From Candidatus Cloacimonadales bacterium (lineage in GTDB: Bacteria; Cloacimonadota; Cloacimonadia; Cloacimonadales; JAIOQZ01): a stretch of DNA of 64,000 nt. The notes beneath the pieces were generated by a model, which made no database searches, had not been told where the DNA came from, and worked only from the letters and a program-made list of their open reading frames with translations. Location of the stretch: the NCBI GenBank assembly GCA_963674825.1, contig OY771587.1, positions 32,001 to 96,000 of the forward strand, written 5' to 3'. The translations under genes and the position numbers were made by a program. Below are positions 20,370 through 29,845 of the stretch, piece by piece. Each line of letters starts with the position of its first letter. Within the stretch, counting starts at the first letter, position 1.

Positions 20370-20791
20370 GCGCACATCCTACCACATGCAGCAGATTCGT
20401 TCGATCACGGGCAGCCGTGTTCATCCACTTCGAAGACGTGGTGTTATACAATTTCCGCTTTGATAGATCATAAATAGGGAAATATGTGGAGGCGGAAATT
20501 GTTTTTTAGAGAGGATTTTCCGATTGAGGTATCAAATAAATTCAGGGCATCTCAATCGAAAAACCGTATTACACGGCGTCGCGAGGAGATCGGGCGAAGA
20601 TGCAATGTGACGAACATAAACCAACAGCACTCTCCACCCCTTCCCCTTTTTCCAAAGGGGAAAGCCGGAGTGAGGTTCTCTCTCATAACTCGTAACTCGT
20701 AACTCCTCCCCACCCCCAATATTCTTTTCTTGACGAAAGCGATTGCATATTGCCATCATTACCTAAATAATCTTTAGAGCAGGTTCATGGG

Positions 20792-21958
20792 ATGAAACGC
20801 TGGCTTTTCAAGAAGTTCAACAGGCTGATGATAAGGGTATTCCACGACAAGGAGATCCCCCGTTCATTCATGTGGATCATCGTATCCATCATCCTGCTGG
20901 TCTTCCTTAGCGCGGTGCTGTTCCAGGCTCTGGAAAAGTTCGGGCATTCCGAGGTCAACTCACTACGGTCGTTCATGGACGCGGTATGGTGGGCGATTGT
21001 TACCATCACAACCGTCGGCTATGGCGATGTGGTACCTACCACCTTCCCCGGTAGAATCCTCGGCATCGTGCTGATCTTCGTCGGCTTCACTCTGTTTTCT
21101 CTGCTGACTGGTTTGATTGCATCCCTCATGGTGGAAGATAAATTGAAAGGAGCGCGTGGCGTGAAACCTATCAAAGAGCGTGGACATATAATGGTCTGTG
21201 GCTGGAACGAAACCGCAGCGGCGATGCTGACCGCATTCGCTGAACGAAACATCGACGATACGATCGTCTTGATCGGCAACTATGTACCGGAGTTCTTCTC
21301 CGAGCAGGAAGCCAAGTACCCCAATCTGGTACTGAAATATATCCGCGGCGATTACTCCCAGAAGGAGATACTCGAACGCGCGAACGTCGCCAAAGCCCAA
21401 CACGTGATCGTCATCGCGGACGAGAATCTGCCCCGCCAGACAGCGGACGACCGTGCTGTAATCGTGGCTAACGCCATCCGATTCTGCTCACCCTCGGTAC
21501 CGCTGACCATCCAGCTCCTCAACGCCATGAATAAAGGCCACCTCGATTCCGCTCGAGTCGATAACATTGTCTCGTTCGACGAGATGGGCGGCTACATGCT
21601 GGCAAGCAACATCATCAGCAAGCACACACTCAATCTCTATAACAATCTGCTGCATCACCCGGAGAAGAAGTGCCAGGCTTTGGCCATCCCACAGCAATTC
21701 GTCGGAAGGAAATACCACGAGGTTGTCAGCCACTTCTACGAAGAGCGCGGCGTCATTCTGATCGGTATCCTCAACGAACGCCCTCAACTTGCCATCGAGG
21801 ACATCTTCTCCGCTGACACATCCCCCATCGACGCCTTCATCAAGCAAGCGCTGGAGCAATCGCAAAGCAAGATCCCGGATCAGCGTTTCACCATCCACAT
21901 CAACCCCGAGAAGACCTACATGATCCAGGAACGCGATCAGGCACTGGTCATCGATTAG
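20792..21958 (+). CDS. Two-TM potassium channel with RCK (TrkA-N) domain
   Basis: DAVWWAIVTITTVGYGD selectivity filter; GHIMVCGWN RCK start; RGD...EILERANV. Confidence 0.92.
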   Translation: MKRWLFKKFNRLMIRVFHDKEIPRSFMWIIVSIILLVFLSAVLFQALEKFGHSEVNSLRSFMDAVWWAIVTITTVGYGDVVPTTFPGRILGIVLIFVGFTLFSLLTGLIASLMVEDKLKGARGVKPIKERGHIMVCGWNETAAAMLTAFAERNIDDTIVLIGNYVPEFFSEQEAKYPNLVLKYIRGDYSQKEILERANVAKAQHVIVIADENLPRQTADDRAVIVANAIRFCSPSVPLTIQLLNAMNKGHLDSARVDNIVSFDEMGGYMLASNIISKHTLNLYNNLLHHPEKKCQALAIPQQFVGRKYHEVVSHFYEERGVILIGILNERPQLAIEDIFSADTSPIDAFIKQALEQSQSKIPDQRFTIHINPEKTYMIQERDQALVID

Positions 21959-21966
21959 GAGAAGGC

Positions 21967-22488
21967 ATGGAAGAACGTAAGGATCAAATCAGCGTCGATC
22001 ACAGTTCTCTGGGCGAGTTCCAGACATTCAAAGGCTTATCTACTGACCAGCTCGAGGCCATCGCGTCGTATCTTGTGCCAGTTGTCTATAAGATGGGTGA
22101 ATACATTATCCGCGAGAATAGCAGCGGTGATTCGCTTTATATCCTCTACAAGGGCCGGGTCAACATTACGCGCACGCTGACCATGCAGATTCAGGGCTTA
22201 AACGCTGAAGAAAAGAAGCTAACATCGCTCTCAGAGTCGGACATGGCTGCTTTTGGTGAGAATGGTTTGGTGGGAGCCGGGAAAAGAACCGCAAACGTTA
22301 TCGCTGCATCCGATTGCATTATGTATCGTCTATCCAGCGAAAGTTTCAAAAAGATAGTGGAGCAGGATATTCAAGCTGGATACCGGATCATGCACAATAT
22401 CTCTAAAGCTCTGGCAACTCGTCTTGCGCATACAGATGAGGACCTCGTGAAGTTGGCTACGGCATTTTCTATCGCGTTACGAAGGTAA
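21967..22488 (+). CDS. Stand-alone cyclic-nucleotide-binding domain protein
   Basis: GEYIIRENSSGDSLYILYKGRV, FGE, RTANVIA; no HTH. Confidence 0.88.
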   Translation: MEERKDQISVDHSSLGEFQTFKGLSTDQLEAIASYLVPVVYKMGEYIIRENSSGDSLYILYKGRVNITRTLTMQIQGLNAEEKKLTSLSESDMAAFGENGLVGAGKRTANVIAASDCIMYRLSSESFKKIVEQDIQAGYRIMHNISKALATRLAHTDEDLVKLATAFSIALRR

Positions 22489-22493
22489 ACAAA

Positions 22494-22793
22494 TCAATCA
22501 AGATCTTCAATAAACAGGTCATCCTCAGGTGCGGCAGCAATTTTAGCGGTTGGGGCAATAACACCACTTTCCTGATCTTCTTCGTCATTTCTCGGAAGTT
22601 TGAACAATTTAAACGTATCGAACAGAACGGACATCAGGATAATTGTGAAAAGTACTGATCCAATCGCAGTAAGAAGATACTGCAGAATCGTGCTGTACTG
22701 AAACGCTTCCGATAGCTTGAAAACCATCATCCCATCGCCAAAAGCAATATTGACGATCAGAAGAGCAAGCAGAAGCAATACAACAAGTTTCAT
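22494..22793 (-). CDS. Small hypothetical membrane protein
   Basis: Signal-like N-terminus, second TM helix, acidic tail; AAGGA RBS. Confidence 0.6.
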   Translation of the reverse strand: MKLVVLLLLALLIVNIAFGDGMMVFKLSEAFQYSTILQYLLTAIGSVLFTIILMSVLFDTFKLFKLPRNDEEDQESGVIAPTAKIAAAPEDDLFIEDLD

Positions 22794-22851
22794 CGTTTAA
22801 TCCTTTATCCCGGTAACACGTACTCCGATTCTTATATCGACAGGAGCAGGG

Positions 22852-23991
22852 TCACAATTTAGATAAATCGGGCTTCAGGTCAGGAATACAGATAAAAAAC
22901 TCGGTTCCATCCTCTTTTGTGCTTGTGACACCCACCTCGCCATTGAGATATCGCTCTGTCAGAAGCTTGATACTATACGTACCAAATCCACGTCCTGATC
23001 CTTTTGTCGAAAAACTTGGCTGGAATAACTGGTAGAAAACCTTCTCCGGAATAACTTCTACATTACGAACACTGAAACGAACCATATCATGGGCTCTCTG
23101 GCTCCCAATCCGCACAATACCACTTCCAGCCTCCAGTGCATTCTTGATCATGTTGAAAAGCACACGAACCAGTAGCGTTTTGTCCGTATAAACCTGCAAG
23201 TCTTCAAAGGATGATTCCAGCACTATATCGCGATTATTAAACCGTTGATAATTGCGAACATGACTCAAGACCTGCTGAACAACCTTCGTTGTGTTCAGCG
23301 AATAGGGTGAAACTTCCAAGTCGTTCTGCTCGGCCTTGATCAACTGCTGCTGATCGGCAATTTCCTCAATCAGTCGCTGCGCTGTCGACGGCATCGAAGC
23401 TTTGATTTCTTCCCGATACTCGGTCGCTTCGTCATCGAAAAGTAGCTCAAGACCGGATGATATTGCATACGCGGTGTTCAGGATGTCATGAAAGAAGATT
23501 CTCTCAAGCGCCTGCTTGCGAACAACCGCACTGATATCCTCAATCGTAAGCATGAAAAACTGATGTTCTCCTACAATGAGCGGAGCAGAAGTAACTTGCA
23601 GATTGAGCGCTTCAACAATCTGGTCTTTCCGAACAAGCATACGGCATTCTTTCGTACTCGGTTTACCGCTCAGGCCATCCAGAATCGATGTAAGCGCGCC
23701 GCAAAAACGACAGTAGTTCGTCGTACCACATCTGTGCTCGGTATGATACAGGTGGTTACACTTGAATAACTCACCGAAGTATTTACCTATGACCTCATTA
23801 CGATCGGTAATCTCGGTGAACTCCATCGTTGAACGGTTAATATAGAGCACCGAGCGCTTGTCATCAATAATCACAACATGCACCGGTATCGCATCAAGCG
23901 CATCGGTCAACAGGCGATTATTCGTTATCGCCAGCAATTTGTCTTGAACAGCCTTTTCCATAATCTGGAAGTTCGTGTTTTGAATACCCAA
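22852..23991 (-). CDS. PAS-domain sensor histidine kinase (soluble)
   Basis: H-box FFHDILN, N-box NMIKNALEA, FSTKGSGRGFGTY; Cys-rich PAS. Start could be ATG 23961. Confidence 0.9.
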   Translation of the reverse strand: MGIQNTNFQIMEKAVQDKLLAITNNRLLTDALDAIPVHVVIIDDKRSVLYINRSTMEFTEITDRNEVIGKYFGELFKCNHLYHTEHRCGTTNYCRFCGALTSILDGLSGKPSTKECRMLVRKDQIVEALNLQVTSAPLIVGEHQFFMLTIEDISAVVRKQALERIFFHDILNTAYAISSGLELLFDDEATEYREEIKASMPSTAQRLIEEIADQQQLIKAEQNDLEVSPYSLNTTKVVQQVLSHVRNYQRFNNRDIVLESSFEDLQVYTDKTLLVRVLFNMIKNALEAGSGIVRIGSQRAHDMVRFSVRNVEVIPEKVFYQLFQPSFSTKGSGRGFGTYSIKLLTERYLNGEVGVTSTKEDGTEFFICIPDLKPDLSKL

Positions 23992-24002
23992 AATCAGTCC
24001 AT

Positions 24003-24989
24003 TCAGCTCTTTAATTCGGTAATAAGTTTTTCAATAATGTCACGTGCTCTCAGGCCTTCCGCCTCGGCTGTGAACGATATGACAATACGATGTTGTAAAA
24101 CGATCTCCGCAACGCGAACCACATCTTCGATCGAAGGCGAAGGCCGGTTCTGCAGAGCGGCTCTTGTCTTCGCAGCAAGGATGAGATACTGCGATGCTCG
24201 AGGACCTGCTCCCCAGTTCACCCAACGCTGAATAAACTCCGGGGCGTCAGCGCTCTTCGGCCTGGTCGCACGAGCAAGTCTGACAGCGAAATCGAGCACA
24301 TGATCGCTCACAGGCAAGATTCTCACGGCTTTCTGAATCTCCCGAATATCCCTTGCACTCATCATTGGCTTCACTTCCGGCATCTCCAACGAAGTCGTCG
24401 TTCTTACGATCTCCTTCTCTTCCTCGAAATCCGGGTAATCGATATTGATGTTGAACATGAAGCGATCAAGCTGCGCTTCCGGGAGCGGATAAGTTCCTTC
24501 CTGCTCGATCGGATTCTGCGTGGCAAGCACAAGGAATGGACGATCCAGCTCAAAGGTCTGATTTCCCGCAGTCACCTGAAATTCTTGCATCGCTTGCAAG
24601 AGTGCTGCCTGCGTCTTGGGCGGCGTTCGGTTGATCTCATCTGCAAGGATGATGTTCGAGAAGATGGGACCCTTGATATACTCGAAGTATCGCCTACCGT
24701 CCGCCTTGTTTTCCGCCAGAATATCCGTACCCGTGATGTCGGATGGCATCAGGTCGGGCGTGAACTGGATGCGGTTGAATTTCAGATCCAGTATCTGCGC
24801 CAGCGTCGAGACCATAAGCGTCTTCGCCAGGCCAGGAACACCTTCGATGAGGCAGTGACCACCCGCGAACAGTGCGATGAGAATTTCTTCCACGACGCGT
24901 TTCTGCCCGACGATAATCCGGCCAATTTCCGTTTCGATCTTCTGTCTTGTATTTGCCAGTTTCTGTAACAATTCCACATGCTCGTTCAT
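24003..24989 (-). CDS. moxR: MoxR family AAA+ ATPase
   Basis: GVPGLAKT, RIQFTPDLMPSDITG, ADEINRTPPKTQAALL, ATQNPIEQEGTYPLPEAQLDRF. Confidence 0.96.
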   Translation of the reverse strand: MNEHVELLQKLANTRQKIETEIGRIIVGQKRVVEEILIALFAGGHCLIEGVPGLAKTLMVSTLAQILDLKFNRIQFTPDLMPSDITGTDILAENKADGRRYFEYIKGPIFSNIILADEINRTPPKTQAALLQAMQEFQVTAGNQTFELDRPFLVLATQNPIEQEGTYPLPEAQLDRFMFNINIDYPDFEEEKEIVRTTTSLEMPEVKPMMSARDIREIQKAVRILPVSDHVLDFAVRLARATRPKSADAPEFIQRWVNWGAGPRASQYLILAAKTRAALQNRPSPSIEDVVRVAEIVLQHRIVISFTAEAEGLRARDIIEKLITELKS

Positions 24990-24991
24990 AG

Positions 24992-25861
24992 CTATAAACT
25001 ATCCTTCCTTGCTTGGTTTACCAATTTTTTCTCGTTAACAAACAGCACATAACGATGGTGCGCCCAGAATCGCTTCACAAGCCACGGCATGCAGTTCTCA
25101 AACCATGCGTGACGAAGCATCTTACGCTCGAAATCGGGATCTTTTCCCGTATAATAGTCCAGAACCGTCAGAGGCTCCGGCTTGACATTATCGTTTACAA
25201 GAAATCCGAGCCCGAATTTCTTCAGGAATTTTGCCTTGGGCATACCGATATCCGGCCACGGAGGACAGTCGATGAAATTACCTTCGACCTTCTTCCATCC
25301 CAGTTCACACATGATTTTTGTGAACCTGCGCGGCTTGATGTAATCCTCTTTCAGGTACTTTTTAAGGTCGTCCTTTCCGGTATATTTTTGGCTTAGATAG
25401 CCAACACCCAGACGATTCGGTACACAGAGCACAATCGCCTTGCTGGTCACACGCGTAAGCTGCTTCAGAAAGACCTCAAGATCCTCAACGAACCACAACG
25501 CAGAAAAGTTCCAGCTTACATCGAAAGTATTGTCCTCGAATGGTAGATTCACATAGTCGTCGGTAAGCAGAACATCCGCCTCGAGCCCAACTTGCTTCCA
25601 CACTTCGCGGATCAGATCGACACGATCCGGCTCGTGATCCAGAATCGTCACCTCGATTCCACTCTTCGCAAGCGACATACTGTTGATTCCCGAAGTGCCG
25701 GTAAACCCAAACGATGGCGCTTCAAGAACAGTCTTTGCCTCGAACCGCCGACAGATTTGTACCATCTTGTGATTCAGGATAATGCGCTCATAGGATGATC
25801 CAAGGCCTTCATCCGGCTCGGAAAAGTATTTCTTCCAGAAATGCAATATAGGAATCGCCAT
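24992..25861 (-). CDS. Class I SAM-dependent methyltransferase-like protein
   Basis: VLEAPSFG (variant motif I), LPFEDNTFDV, L..LTRV; ATG 25861 lies 4 nt after the upstream stop. Confidence 0.75.
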   Translation of the reverse strand: MAIPILHFWKKYFSEPDEGLGSSYERIILNHKMVQICRRFEAKTVLEAPSFGFTGTSGINSMSLAKSGIEVTILDHEPDRVDLIREVWKQVGLEADVLLTDDYVNLPFEDNTFDVSWNFSALWFVEDLEVFLKQLTRVTSKAIVLCVPNRLGVGYLSQKYTGKDDLKKYLKEDYIKPRRFTKIMCELGWKKVEGNFIDCPPWPDIGMPKAKFLKKFGLGFLVNDNVKPEPLTVLDYYTGKDPDFERKMLRHAWFENCMPWLVKRFWAHHRYVLFVNEKKLVNQARKDSL

Positions 25862-25865
25862 ATCA

Positions 25866-26840
25866 TTACTTCCTGTAAAAATCAAGAACGGACTTAAATC
25901 CTGCGAGCGTACGCACATGGCGCACGTTAAAAACCTCGTAAGTCTTTTCGACATCGTAGAACCACGACTGCGAAATCAGCCGGAAACGCGCCAGCCAGAG
26001 GTCGTTTTTCATGAACATTGCGATTCGCTCACCCAGCCGGAACCACATCGCTGAAATGATACGGTTGCGAGGATAAGGCTTACCATGCAGCTTCTCGTGG
26101 ATCTCGTCAGCAAGCTCAAGCAGCGAAACAGGATGCCGGTCTGCTACAATGAACGCAGAACCGGGTGTCATTTGTGCTTCAAGACTCTTCACAAAAACAT
26201 CAGCGAGCGTATTCACTTCCGTTAAATGGATGCGTACTGTGCGATCGGGCAGGAAAAGAAGCCGCTTATCGACCAGCTTGGTGAGAGTGTACGGGAATCC
26301 GTAGTCGCCGGGACCGTAGGTGATCGCTGGTCGAATGATGTAGCCATCGAGACCTTCAAGTACCATCTTCTGCACGATGGCTTCGGCGTGAATTTTCGTC
26401 TCGTGATAATAGCTGTCAAACTGTCGTTCGGTGTGGTCGTTGGCAGGAAGTTCGTTTGGAATCGCGCCAAAAACACCCACTGACGAGCAAAACACAAATC
26501 GCGCCTTGGTTCGCCACGCGGCCAGCATAAGCTGCTCGGTCGCAAGGACGTTTGCTTCGTAGTATTTCTTCTTGGGAAATCTTCTTCCACCGCGAATCGC
26601 ACCGATATGCAGGATCGCGTCAAACTCGTTTTCCTGCAGAAACTTCGTGAGTGAGGAAATATCAGAGAGGTCGATCTTGACGATCTTCATGAAACCTTCA
26701 AGCGATTCGAGACGTTTCTTTGAGGTCTCGGGACGGGCAAGTCCCACCAGATGCAGCTTTCGTGGAGCCAAGCGCTGTGCGACATGCCTTCCGATAAAGC
26801 CGGTTACACCGGTGATCAGTACTCGATTTATCTTTTCCAT
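25866..26840 (-). CDS. NAD-dependent epimerase/dehydratase (extended SDR)
   Basis: ITGVTGFIG, SSVGVFG, YHETK, IRPAITYGPGD. Confidence 0.9.
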   Translation of the reverse strand: MEKINRVLITGVTGFIGRHVAQRLAPRKLHLVGLARPETSKKRLESLEGFMKIVKIDLSDISSLTKFLQENEFDAILHIGAIRGGRRFPKKKYYEANVLATEQLMLAAWRTKARFVFCSSVGVFGAIPNELPANDHTERQFDSYYHETKIHAEAIVQKMVLEGLDGYIIRPAITYGPGDYGFPYTLTKLVDKRLLFLPDRTVRIHLTEVNTLADVFVKSLEAQMTPGSAFIVADRHPVSLLELADEIHEKLHGKPYPRNRIISAMWFRLGERIAMFMKNDLWLARFRLISQSWFYDVEKTYEVFNVRHVRTLAGFKSVLDFYRK

Positions 26841-27625
26841 AGGAAATCCAGAACCTTCTTGATAGGATGACGACCGTCTTCCTTATCCACCTCCGCAACA
26901 CTGAGGTAGAAGTGGTCGATATCCTCTCCTTGCAGCATCTTGCGGGGATTTATTTTCGTCAGAAGCTCCGCAGTATATGCGTCGTACCGCTCGGTAAGAA
27001 GCGCCACCGCCTCCTGGAGAGAATTGGTCTCTGAGCGGCAATGGTTATCCGAAGCCAGGAAATGCGCGAATCCCGCATCAATCAGCTCCCACGCAGTGCG
27101 TTCGACATTGTTGCCATAACCACCAGTAAGGCTGCCGGAATTGATCTGCAAATACACATTCCGGTGTAGCAGATCTTCGGCCATGCCAAGATTCATCTGG
27201 ATGTCCATATAGCGTTCCGGATGAGCCAGAATGGGTTTGTAGCCGTTTCGCACGAGGTCGTACAGCGCTTGGATAAAGAATCCTGGAAAGCCGTTCATGC
27301 TGGATTCGACCAACACATATTTCGTGTCCGCAAGGTGCAGATCGTGCTGCGTGATATCGTCCAGAATATTGGTATCCAGCATCACCTCGGCTCCAGCGTG
27401 GAACTTCATCTCGATACCAGCGTCCTTGACCGCTTTTTGCAGGCCAGGCAATATCTTCAGCAGCTTTTCGCGTGGGTTGTCGTAGCTCCCACGCAGGTAG
27501 TGTGGCGTGAGCACGATTTCGGAAATACCGGCGTCCTTCGCAGCCTGAACAGAGGCAACAGAGGTCTCGATATCGGGCGAGCCATCATCGACACCGGGCA
27601 AAACATGTGTGTGAATATCGATCAT
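26828..27625 (-). CDS. CpsB/CapC-type PHP tyrosine-protein phosphatase
   Basis: MIDIHTHVLPGVDDG, LTPH, PILAHPERY, ASDNH. Confidence 0.92.
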   Translation of the reverse strand: MIDIHTHVLPGVDDGSPDIETSVASVQAAKDAGISEIVLTPHYLRGSYDNPREKLLKILPGLQKAVKDAGIEMKFHAGAEVMLDTNILDDITQHDLHLADTKYVLVESSMNGFPGFFIQALYDLVRNGYKPILAHPERYMDIQMNLGMAEDLLHRNVYLQINSGSLTGGYGNNVERTAWELIDAGFAHFLASDNHCRSETNSLQEAVALLTERYDAYTAELLTKINPRKMLQGEDIDHFYLSVAEVDKEDGRHPIKKVLDFLWKR

Positions 27626-28410
27626 CTGGTAATCCCGTGTAAAGCGTCAGCGAAAGCACGCACAAGCGACGTGTCCTTCTTGTCCTCAATTACAGTGCCA
27701 GTCACAATGTAGTCAGCGCCGGCTTTCGCAAGTTCGACGGCTGTTTCAGGTGTGCGGATTCCTCCACCCACAATCACCGGGATCTCGACGGCATCTTTGA
27801 CCGCCTTGATCATGTCCGCAGACATCGGTTCTTCCGCACCGCTTCCAGCGTCCATATAGATCAACCGCATACCAAGATATTGTGCTGCCAGCGCATGCGC
27901 GACGGCGATATCGGGCTTGTTGCGCGGGATGGGAATGCTATGACTCATGTACTGCACCGAAGTCAACTTGCCGGATTCGATCACCATATAACCGGTTCCA
28001 ATCACCTCCAGGTTGCAACTGCGGATAAGCGGTGCCGCGCGGACTTGTTCGCCGATCAGCATTTGCGGATTGCGGCTCGAAACCATGCTCAGAAGCAACA
28101 GCGCGTCGGCGTGCCGTGAGACGAAATTGAAGATGCCAGGGAAGATCAGCACGGGGATATTGACCGCCCGGCGGATCAGCTTGAGCGACTTCTCGAAATT
28201 ATCGTGGATCATCAGGCTACCGCCGATCAGAAGCGCGTCAGCTCCGCTTTCGGCACAGCCAACAGCGAGATCCACTGTTTCGTTGATATCGAATCGATCA
28301 GGGTCGATCAGGCAGAAATAACCCGCTCGTTCAGCGGCATGTTTCGTCAGTCTGTTGTAGATTTTCTTTTTCACAGCATTCTCCAAAGTACCCTTATAAC
28401 GTTTATGCAC
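27622..28410 (-). CDS. Geranylgeranylglyceryl phosphate (GGGP) synthase, group II type
   Basis: LIDPD, IGGS, IFPG, ADALLLLS..S.RNP..LIG.QV, GYMVIESG..TSV, AAQYLGMRLIYMDAGSGA, VGGGIR. Start uncertain (28410 or 28386). Confidence 0.9.
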   Translation of the reverse strand: MHKRYKGTLENAVKKKIYNRLTKHAAERAGYFCLIDPDRFDINETVDLAVGCAESGADALLIGGSLMIHDNFEKSLKLIRRAVNIPVLIFPGIFNFVSRHADALLLLSMVSSRNPQMLIGEQVRAAPLIRSCNLEVIGTGYMVIESGKLTSVQYMSHSIPIPRNKPDIAVAHALAAQYLGMRLIYMDAGSGAEEPMSADMIKAVKDAVEIPVIVGGGIRTPETAVELAKAGADYIVTGTVIEDKKDTSLVRAFADALHGITR

Positions 28411-28483
28411 ATATCCCGTTTCGGCTTCGATTTGTCAATGTAGTTCTCAGGAGAATAGCTAGGCGAAGCGCAGTTGTGCCTGC

Positions 28484-29261
28484 CCTGGGTACGCAGACGT
28501 CTCGTCTGCATCTTCTTCTCTTGTATCTACCTCTGTTAGAACGCTGATGACCATTCCCACATTTCAGGTTTCTCGACCAGCCCTGCAGAAACCGGATTAT
28601 TCCTGATGTATCGACTTGTGGTTTGAAAGTGCTCTTCGGTTCGTATATATCGATCAAAGTAATCGTGCATCCAAAATTTACCTGAGCGATGCAGAGCCTT
28701 GTTCTCTTCGTGGGCGATGAATGATTTCCAGGATTGGATTATCTTCGGAATCGAATATCCGGATAATGGTTTGATCAAAGCGTGCACATGGTTTGGCATG
28801 ATACACCATTCAATGAGTGCGTATCGCTCTGAATCAAAAAACACAATCGCATTCTGAGCAATCTCAGCAATTGCCGGGATTCGCATGAAACAAGACCCAT
28901 ATCCCTTATCGGCATATTGCTGAATTAATTTTCTCAATACCGCTAACTGCTTAGGGTCTTTTTCTGATTTTTCCGTCCAATCAAATTCCATCTTCCATTT
29001 ATCAATAACATGGCTTGGAACTGAGTCGTACAAGCGTAACGTGATAAATTGATAGACTTCGTAACCATCGAAATGGGGGACGTATCCTCTTGAGTGCCAG
29101 CCTTTGTTAATCTTCATGAGGTAGGATTGTCGCGAAGATATGATTTGTCAATGAAAATAACGAGAACGCAGGCCGTTGTAGATTCCAGGTTTTATATAAA
29201 AACCTACAAGACGCCTGCGCTCCCAGAACAGAGATGCAGACGAGACGTCTGCGTACCCAGG
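28484..29261. mobile_element. REPtron: RAYT gene bracketed by a perfect 30-bp inverted REP pair
   Basis: 28484-28513 cctgggtacGCAGACGtctCGTCTGCatct is the exact reverse complement of 29232-29261. Confidence 0.85.
28536..29117 (-). CDS. REP-associated tyrosine transposase (RAYT, Y1 HUH)
   Basis: WHSRGYVPHFD, FITLRL.DS, WCIMPNHVH (HUH), FW..DYFDRYIR, YIRNNPV.AGL..W.WSS. Confidence 0.92.
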   Translation of the reverse strand: MKINKGWHSRGYVPHFDGYEVYQFITLRLYDSVPSHVIDKWKMEFDWTEKSEKDPKQLAVLRKLIQQYADKGYGSCFMRIPAIAEIAQNAIVFFDSERYALIEWCIMPNHVHALIKPLSGYSIPKIIQSWKSFIAHEENKALHRSGKFWMHDYFDRYIRTEEHFQTTSRYIRNNPVSAGLVEKPEMWEWSSAF

Positions 29262-29286
29262 AAGGAGAGGCGGAGCGCAGGCCCCT

Positions 29287-29796
29287 TTACAGCTCCACCC
29301 AGTACTGCCTGAACAATTTCCCTTCGTGGGTTGAGGTGGTGTAGGCCTTGCCGCCGTTGTTCTCGATGGTTTTCGCAGAGCCGATGTTGTCGTCTTTGCA
29401 TGTGATTAATACCCGTTCATAGCCCTTTTCACGAGCGATATCCATCATCAGCTTGAGCATATGCGTCGCGTAGCCTTTCCGGCGCTCGGATGGACGAACA
29501 CCATACCCGATATGCCCACCGAAGTGCTTCAGGAAGTCGTTCAGCTCGTGCCGGAAGTGGATTCCACCGAGGATACGCCCGTTGTCGTCCACCAGAAAGA
29601 ACATGGTCGCCGGCACCCATCCGTCCGGGCAGGTTTCGCGCTTCGTTTCCGCTTCCCATTGCGCGACCGTCTCGTCAAATGTACTGTTTCCTCGAATCGC
29701 TACCGAAGGAGAGATCATCTCACTCGATTGCAGCAACTCACGCTTGTAGTCTTTGTATTCCTTCTCGGTAATCTCGTCATATCGAACTAATCGCAT
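29287..29796 (-). CDS. GNAT family N-acetyltransferase
   Basis: GWVPAT, RHELN..L...GGHIGYGVRPSERRKGYAT, N.GSAKTIE.NGG. Confidence 0.9.
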   Translation of the reverse strand: MRLVRYDEITEKEYKDYKRELLQSSEMISPSVAIRGNSTFDETVAQWEAETKRETCPDGWVPATMFFLVDDNGRILGGIHFRHELNDFLKHFGGHIGYGVRPSERRKGYATHMLKLMMDIAREKGYERVLITCKDDNIGSAKTIENNGGKAYTTSTHEGKLFRQYWVEL

Positions 29797-29845
29797 GATG
29801 TCTCCCTTCTCATGGTGTTGATGTTATGGTCGTTAGGGAAATAGG

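Noticed and set aside
28484..29261. Classical IS with terminal inverted repeats
   Set aside because: The enzyme is an HUH/Y1 RAYT rather than a DDE transposase, the ends are internally palindromic REPs, and no target duplication is seen.
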